Of a stretch of 64,000 nt of DNA, positions 59,089 to 64,000 are shown piece after piece. Position 1 is the stretch's first letter, and every line of letters begins with the position of its first letter. Where the stretch lies: NCBI GenBank assembly GCA_963808235.1, contig CAWEEQ010000004.1:1920001-1984000 (forward strand), given 5' to 3'. The position numbers and the translations under genes are program-made. This DNA is from an uncultured delta proteobacterium. Lineage in GTDB: Bacteria; Desulfobacterota; Binatia; Binatales; Binataceae. The notes below the pieces were generated by a model that was not told the DNA's origin, made no database searches, and saw only the letters and a list, made by a program, of their open reading frames with translations.

Positions 59089-59388
59089 ATGAAGCTCGAA
59101 CTCGATTTGCCCGAGGACGTTTTTGATGAGAAGTATCCCGAGACTGATTTCATGGCTCGGGTCCGCGAGCTCGCAATCCTGGAACTGGTGCGGGTGAAGA
59201 AGATTCATGAGCACGAAGCCAAGTCGATACTTGGACTCGAACGATGGCAACTGGTCGAAAAGATGAAGGCGGTGGGAATCGCGCCGACTGAAGAAGTGTT
59301 CGCCGATATACAGAACGAGCTTACGAAGGCGATCAACTCGAAACGGGCGCGCGCCGCCGACAAAGGGAAAGGCAAAGGAAAAAGATAA
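59089..59388 (+). CDS. UPF0175 family (antitoxin-like HTH) protein
   Basis: [10 protein letters not shown]...[12 protein letters not shown]....[10 protein letters not shown]...M...GI pattern, 99 aa. Confidence 0.65.
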   Translation: MKLELDLPEDVFDEKYPETDFMARVRELAILELVRVKKIHEHEAKSILGLERWQLVEKMKAVGIAPTEEVFADIQNELTKAINSKRARAADKGKGKGKR

Positions 59389-59392
59389 TCCT

Positions 59393-59791
59393 ATGCGGCT
59401 TCTGCACACGATGCTCCGGGTGAACAACCTCGACGAATCGCTCAAGTTCTACTGCGACCAGCTTGGTATGAAGCTCCTGCGCAAACACGACTTCCCGGGC
59501 GGCGAATTCACGCTCGCGTTTGTCGGCTATGGCGGCGAGGACGAAACCGCGGTGATCGAGCTGACCTGGAACTGGGGCACCTCGAAGTACGACCTCGGCA
59601 ACGCCTATGGGCATGTCGCGCTCGGCGTCGACGACATCTACAAGACCTGCGCGGAGCTGAAACAAAAAGGGGTCAACGTCGTGCGCGAGCCGGGTCCGAT
59701 GAAGCACGGCACCACGCCGATCGCCTTCATCGAGGATCCCAACGGTTACAAAATTGAACTGATTCAGCAGCGGCGCGTGGATGCCGTCTAA
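59393..59791 (+). CDS. gloA: Lactoylglutathione lyase (glyoxalase I)
   Basis: [47 protein letters not shown]. Confidence 0.95.
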   Translation: MRLLHTMLRVNNLDESLKFYCDQLGMKLLRKHDFPGGEFTLAFVGYGGEDETAVIELTWNWGTSKYDLGNAYGHVALGVDDIYKTCAELKQKGVNVVREPGPMKHGTTPIAFIEDPNGYKIELIQQRRVDAV

Positions 59792-59824
59792 CTGGCGCGC
59801 ACGCGCAAAGAGGCCTGGTTGCGA

Positions 59825-60844
59825 ATGAAAGCAGCGGTGTTCAAGAAACAAGATCAGATGGCGGTGATCGAGGTGCCCAATCCGAGCGCCGGCGACGGAC
59901 AGGTCGTGCTCAAGGTCCACAACTGCGGAATCTGCGGCTCCGATCTGCACGCCGTGCAGTATGGACTCGGGATGGCGCCGGACACGGTGATGGGGCACGA
60001 GTTCTGCGGCGAGATTCATGAACTCGGCGCCGGCGTCGAAGATTATCGGGTCGGCGATCGCGTCACCTCGCTACCATACACGGCGTGCGGCATCTGCGAT
60101 TCGTGCGCGAGCGACGACGAGATGCACTGTTCGCATATTCGCTCGCTGGGTCTTGGGCAGCTGCCAGGTGCCTATGCGGAGTACGTGGTCTGCGGCGCGC
60201 GAAGCTTGCTGAAGCTCCCGGACAGCGTCGGCTCGCGCGCGGGCGCGCTGGTCGAGCCGCTCTCGGTCGGCCTTCACGGGGTGAATCGCTCGCACCTGAA
60301 ACCGGGCATGGGATGCGTCGTGATGGGCGCGGGACCAATCGGTCTGTCGACACTGATATGGGCCAAGGCAAAGGGCGCGGGAGCAGTTGTAGTATCTGAG
60401 CTCGCACCGGGTCGCACTGAGCTTGCGATGAGGCTCGGCGCGACCGCGGTCGCGAATCCGAGCAAGGAGGATCCCGCCGACAAGGTGCGATCGATAACCG
60501 GGCGCGCGCCGGAGATCGTCTTCGAATGCATCGGAGTCAAATCGACACTTAGCGCCGCAATCAACATGGTCGGCAGACGTGGGCGAGTCGTGGTGATCGG
60601 AGTGTGCATGGAGTCCGATAGCATCTACCCACTTAGCTGCGTGATGAAGGAAGTGAGCATCGATTTCGCGCTGGCCTACCGGCGCTCAGAGTTCCAGCAG
60701 ACTATCGACGCGCTCGCATCAGGCGCGATCGATGCGACCCCGATGATTACCGACGTGATCGACGTTGGCCAGGTGCCCGCGATGTTCGACGCGCTCAAGC
60801 ATCCGGGGACGCGGGCCAAGGTGATGGTCGAGTTTTCACATTAA
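59825..60844 (+). CDS. Zinc-dependent alcohol dehydrogenase (MDR family)
   Basis: CGICGSDLH, GHEFCG, C..C..C.......C structural zinc site, GAGPIG. Confidence 0.93.
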   Translation: MKAAVFKKQDQMAVIEVPNPSAGDGQVVLKVHNCGICGSDLHAVQYGLGMAPDTVMGHEFCGEIHELGAGVEDYRVGDRVTSLPYTACGICDSCASDDEMHCSHIRSLGLGQLPGAYAEYVVCGARSLLKLPDSVGSRAGALVEPLSVGLHGVNRSHLKPGMGCVVMGAGPIGLSTLIWAKAKGAGAVVVSELAPGRTELAMRLGATAVANPSKEDPADKVRSITGRAPEIVFECIGVKSTLSAAINMVGRRGRVVVIGVCMESDSIYPLSCVMKEVSIDFALAYRRSEFQQTIDALASGAIDATPMITDVIDVGQVPAMFDALKHPGTRAKVMVEFSH

Positions 60845-60944
60845 GTTGGATGCGGACGCAAGCGACTGCCGACCGTGGCGACGAGAATCATTTGCTTGAG
60901 CAGAGAACGCTCGCAGCTCTCCGCCCAGGTTACTTACTGGTGAC

Positions 60945-61019
60945 CTACTTGCCCTTGCCGCAGCAATCTTTATAGGCCTTACCTGAGCCGCACGCACACT
61001 TGTCGTTTGGATTTTGCAT
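60945..61019 (-). CDS. 24-aa stand-alone SEC-C metal-binding microprotein
   Basis: Manual read: AGGAGG, 7 nt, ATG; MQNPNDKCACGSGKAYKDCCGKGK-TAG matches the SEC-C consensus NDxCxCGSGKKYKxCC/H. Confidence 0.85.
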   Translation of the reverse strand: MQNPNDKCACGSGKAYKDCCGKGK

Positions 61020-61071
61020 TTCCGTACCTCCTGGATCTCAAATCCGGATTCGGTTAGCAATGCGTCGAGCG

Positions 61072-61103
61072 AGTAGTGTCCTGATTCCGAACCAGACACT
61101 ACT
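61072..61103. promoter_or_regulatory. Stem-loop between the Gly-rich gene and the SEC-C microprotein gene
   Basis: AGTAGTGTC (61072-61080) and GACACTACT (61095-61103) form a perfect 9-bp stem; no U tract. Confidence 0.5.
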
Positions 61104-61121
61104 GTCGACAGCTCACGCTAT

Positions 61122-61469
61122 CTAAAGGCCAAAGAACTCGTGAAGGCCCCGGGGTGGCGGAACGTCGTACTGCGGCCCCGCTCCATAATAATATGGCTGA
61201 GGCGCGTAGTAGTAGTCCGGATAGCCGCCTCCACCTCCCCAGTAGCCGCGACCGCCTCCCCAGTAGCCACCGCCTCCGTGGTAGTAGCCGCGACCGCCTC
61301 CCCAGTAGCCACCGCCTCCGTGGTAGTAGCCGCCACCACCGCGATGACCACCGCCGCGATGGTCGGCGTGCGCCGGTCCGGCCGCGAAGCTGCCAATCAC
61401 GAGGGTAAATGCGATAGCGCCGGCGATCCGGGCTATCTTAGAGCACAATTCCTTTTTCGATACTTGCAT
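61122..61469 (-). CDS. Secreted Gly/Tyr/Trp-rich low-complexity protein
   Basis: ATG 61469 after GGAG; signal peptide ending AHA; GGGYY/GGGYW repeats; Tyr/Pro-rich C-terminus. Confidence 0.78.
   Translation of the reverse strand: MQVSKKELCSKIARIAGAIAFTLVIGSFAAGPAHADHRGGGHRGGGGYYHGGGGYWGGGRGYYHGGGGYWGGGRGYWGGGGGYPDYYYAPQPYYYGAGPQYDVPPPRGLHEFFGL
61242..61333. repeat. Perfect 42-bp tandem repeat, about 2.2 copies, inside the Gly-rich gene
   Basis: GTAGCCGCGACCGCCTCCCCAGTAGCCACCGCCTCCGTGGTA at 61242 and 61284, partial at 61326; encodes YHGGGGYWGGGRGY. Confidence 0.9.
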
Positions 61470-61501
61470 AGTGACACTCCGTCGCGGGATCGACTCCCAC
61501 T

Positions 61502-62008
61502 TCACCTTGCTGCGGTCTGTTTTGCAGCCGAAGCCTTTTCGCGAGTGCGGAACAGCGAGTCCGCGGTCTTCTTCTGCGCGTCCGACATTGTGTTGTAGAG
61601 AGCCTCGAAGGGCGGAACGAATTTCTTCATTCCATCTTCATGCGCCTGGATGACCGGCTCATATGATTTGAGCACGTCGACGGCGCTCATTGACCGCGCG
61701 TCTGCGGCCCGCTCTTTCTGAAGCTTCGCCATCGATTCCGCGTTATCGCGCATCACCTGGGCAAGGTTGTCCCATTGTGGTTTCTGAGCGGCGGTGATGT
61801 GGAGCTGTTTGTGCAGCTCCTTGATACGCACTTCGACGTCAGCGTTACTGGCAGATTTCGCTGCGGGCGCCGCCATCGCCTGCTGTGAGGACGGCTGCGC
61901 CGGGCTCTCGCTTGAGGCCGCAAACAAAGGGCTGGCGAGAGCGACTGCGCCGAGAAGAGTTACCGCCGCGCTAGCTGCGCGTGCGGCTGGGTGCTTGAAA
62001 AGGACCAT
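61502..62008 (-). CDS. Spy/CpxP (LTXXQ motif) periplasmic chaperone-like protein
   Basis: Signal peptide; LHITAAQKPQW and LYNTMSDAQKKTAD LTXXQ-type repeats; RBS AAGGAG. Confidence 0.85.
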   Translation of the reverse strand: MVLFKHPAARAASAAVTLLGAVALASPLFAASSESPAQPSSQQAMAAPAAKSASNADVEVRIKELHKQLHITAAQKPQWDNLAQVMRDNAESMAKLQKERAADARSMSAVDVLKSYEPVIQAHEDGMKKFVPPFEALYNTMSDAQKKTADSLFRTREKASAAKQTAAR

Positions 62009-62258
62009 GATGTACACTCCTTAGTCAGTTACGGTTGACCAACCGTTGATGTATCCGCGTTTAAACTTCGTCATCGCTTTGCTTTGATTATTCCCTTGCG
62101 CTTGCGGCGTTCACTTTCCTCGGTCCACTATTAGCTTCTCACCAACTTCGACAAACATTCCATCCCCGTTCGCTCTATGACGTGCTCCAAAGCACATGGA
62201 TGCAACTACACGTAGATGCCGGTTAACTGGAAGGGCGGCTAGTAACCTCCGGAAACAA

Positions 62259-62313
62259 TGAGAGCGGCAGCCCTCGATGCGATCCTGGTTCGCATCGCAG
62301 GCTGCCGCTCTCA
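62259..62313 (-). terminator. Long hairpin terminator of the 62328-62645 gene
   Basis: TGAGAGCGGCAGCC...GGCTGCCGCTCTCA (14 bp) plus inner CGATGCGA/TCGCATCG (8 bp); followed by TTGTTT on the minus strand. Confidence 0.7.
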
Positions 62314-62327
62314 GGCGAAAGACCTTA

Positions 62328-62645
62328 CTAATAGTTGCTGGTTGTCCTGGTCGAAGAGTGCTCACTCGAGTCGCCACTGGGCGAGTCGCTGGTCGAGTTC
62401 GATGACGATGAGTGTTCGGTGGTTGTTGCCGGCGCGATCGGTGCGGGCGCCACGACTATTGCGGGAGGGGCGACTACTACCGGAGCCGGGTATACCGCGA
62501 CGGCGGCCGGTGCCGGCGCCGAAGTTGTGGTCTCGCTGGTCCGGTCCGAGGTTGTGGTGTCAGTCTGGGCGAATCCGACCGCAACGCTTCCGAACAGCAC
62601 TGCGACACCAAAGGACAATGCTGTAGCTTTCAATGAGTGTTTCAC
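62328..62645 (-). CDS. Small secreted Ser/Thr/Pro-rich protein
   Basis: GTG after GGAGG; signal peptide ending GFA-Q; low-complexity TTTS/PAP body. Confidence 0.72.
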   Translation of the reverse strand: MKHSLKATALSFGVAVLFGSVAVGFAQTDTTTSDRTSETTTSAPAPAAVAVYPAPVVVAPPAIVVAPAPIAPATTTEHSSSSNSTSDSPSGDSSEHSSTRTTSNY

Positions 62646-62886
62646 AATAGTACCTCCATACCTTCTTGACTCTAGAGTAAGAGCGAATTGCGCCAGCTAA
62701 CAAGGACGTCGGCGGTGCCGATTACAGTTTGAGTGCTCCGGAGCACTCGGCGTACGCAATAGTGATGATCCGGATGCCTTACATACGACACGAGCCGGTA
62801 ATAGTCCGAGCTTCAGGCCTGTATTCTCTTTGTGCTAAGAAGGCGCAAGGTGGTGATCTAATTTTCGCGATTGAATGGAGCGTGCA

Positions 62887-64000
62887 ATGGACGTCGACGA
62901 GTTGTTCGCGGGAATTTGCGATCGGATTCCGGACGCGATGGCCAAGCACAAGGTCCCCGGCGTCGTGCTTGGAATCGTGTGCGAGGGGCGCGAGCTCATC
63001 AAGGGGTTCGGTGTCACCAGCATCCGCAATCCACTGCCGGTTGATGACGCGACACTCTTTCAAATTGGCTCGACGACGAAGACCTTCACCGCTACGGCCT
63101 TGATGCGCCTGGTCGAGGCCGAGCAGCTCGCGCTTGACCAACCTATTCGAAGCTACCTGCCGGACTTCACGATGCGCGATCGCGAGGTCACTACGTGCCT
63201 CACGCTGCGTCATGTGCTTACCCATGTAGGCGGCTGGGACGGCGACTACTTTCCTGACGCCGGCAACGGCGACGACGCGCTCGCGAACTACGTCAGGTTG
63301 CTGGCGGACCTGCCGCAACTCACGAAGCTCGGCACCATCCTCTCGTATAACAACTCCGCGTTCTCAATCGCGGGCCGGGTGATCGAGGTAGTGACGGGTA
63401 AGACCTATGAATCGGCGCTCAAGGAACTGGTGCTCGAGCCATTAGGACTGAGGCATTCATTTCTGTTCCCGACCGACGTGATGACCCATCGCTTCGCGGT
63501 CGGTCACACGACGGTCGCGGACCAGACGATCGTGCTTCGTCCGTGGCATTTGACGCGTGCGTGCGGACCGGCGGGCGGAATCGCGGCGTCGATGAACGAT
63601 CAGCTCCGTTACGCGCGCTTCCATCTTGGCGACGGGACTGCGGAGGACGGCTCGCGAGTGCTCAGGCCGGAATCGATCGCGATGATGCAGACGCCGACTG
63701 ATGTTCGGGTGCTCGACATCAGAATGGGGCTCGCGTGGAGGACTTACGATATCGGCGGACCCCGGCGCGTCTTTCACGGTGGCGGAACCTACGGACAAAT
63801 CTCGGCCTTCACGATGACTCCGGCGCGCAAGTTCGCTCTCGCGCTCACCACCAATTCGACCAGCGGCGGACTCTTCACAACCGAAGTGACCAAGGGCCTG
63901 GTGGCGAAGTTCCTTGGCGCCGACGCACCCGAGCCAGTCGAGATTTCGATGAGTCCAACCCAGCTGGATGAGTACTCGGGGCGCTACTTGCAGGCCTCCG
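62887..64000 (+). CDS. Serine hydrolase, beta-lactamase/AmpC-like family (runs off the window end)
   Basis: Not in ORF track; manual read from ATG 62887: KVPGVVLG, FQIGSTTKTF (SxxK), LTHVGG, SYNNS (YxN), FHGGG. Confidence 0.9.
   Translation, partial: MDVDELFAGICDRIPDAMAKHKVPGVVLGIVCEGRELIKGFGVTSIRNPLPVDDATLFQIGSTTKTFTATALMRLVEAEQLALDQPIRSYLPDFTMRDREVTTCLTLRHVLTHVGGWDGDYFPDAGNGDDALANYVRLLADLPQLTKLGTILSYNNSAFSIAGRVIEVVTGKTYESALKELVLEPLGLRHSFLFPTDVMTHRFAVGHTTVADQTIVLRPWHLTRACGPAGGIAASMNDQLRYARFHLGDGTAEDGSRVLRPESIAMMQTPTDVRVLDIRMGLAWRTYDIGGPRRVFHGGGTYGQISAFTMTPARKFALALTTNSTSGGLFTTEVTKGLVAKFLGADAPEPVEISMSPTQLDEYSGRYLQAS

Noticed and set aside
61242-61333. Repeats as a CRISPR array
   Set aside because: The units are directly adjacent with no unique spacers, are in frame within a coding gene, and there are no cas genes.

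Overview
High-GC (about 63% by eye) bacterial chromosomal segment with about 57 protein-coding genes and no rRNA, tRNA, CRISPR array or transposase that I could recognise. Gene order (mutS-amidase-glnD-xerD-site-2 protease-scpA-scpB) and content suggest a deltaproteobacteria-like lineage such as Binatota, which is an inference. Housekeeping blocks: folD divergent from gcvT-gcvPA-gcvPB (no gcvH), mobA, the mutS-to-scpB cluster, dnaB, UPF0182, gloA. Accessory blocks: envelope glycosylation genes (GT39-like, GT2-methyltransferase fusion, two YfhO-like GT-C proteins, DedA, lipoproteins), lipid and acyl-CoA catabolism, a NarL-type two-component system and a small secreted-protein cluster near the end. 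Most notable observations: (1) a 1.94 kb integrase-less NnrS plus hemerythrin islet bounded by an 80 bp, 74/80-identical duplication of the 3' end of an acyl-CoA dehydrogenase gene; (2) a 24-aa stand-alone SEC-C metal-binding microprotein absent from the ORF track; (3) a lipoprotein/GT-C/GT-C/DedA/lipoprotein locus whose two unrelated lipoproteins share the C-terminal octapeptide AATSPTPS. Three genes carry single-base frameshifts that are probably assembly errors. All product calls come from motif recognition, not database searches.
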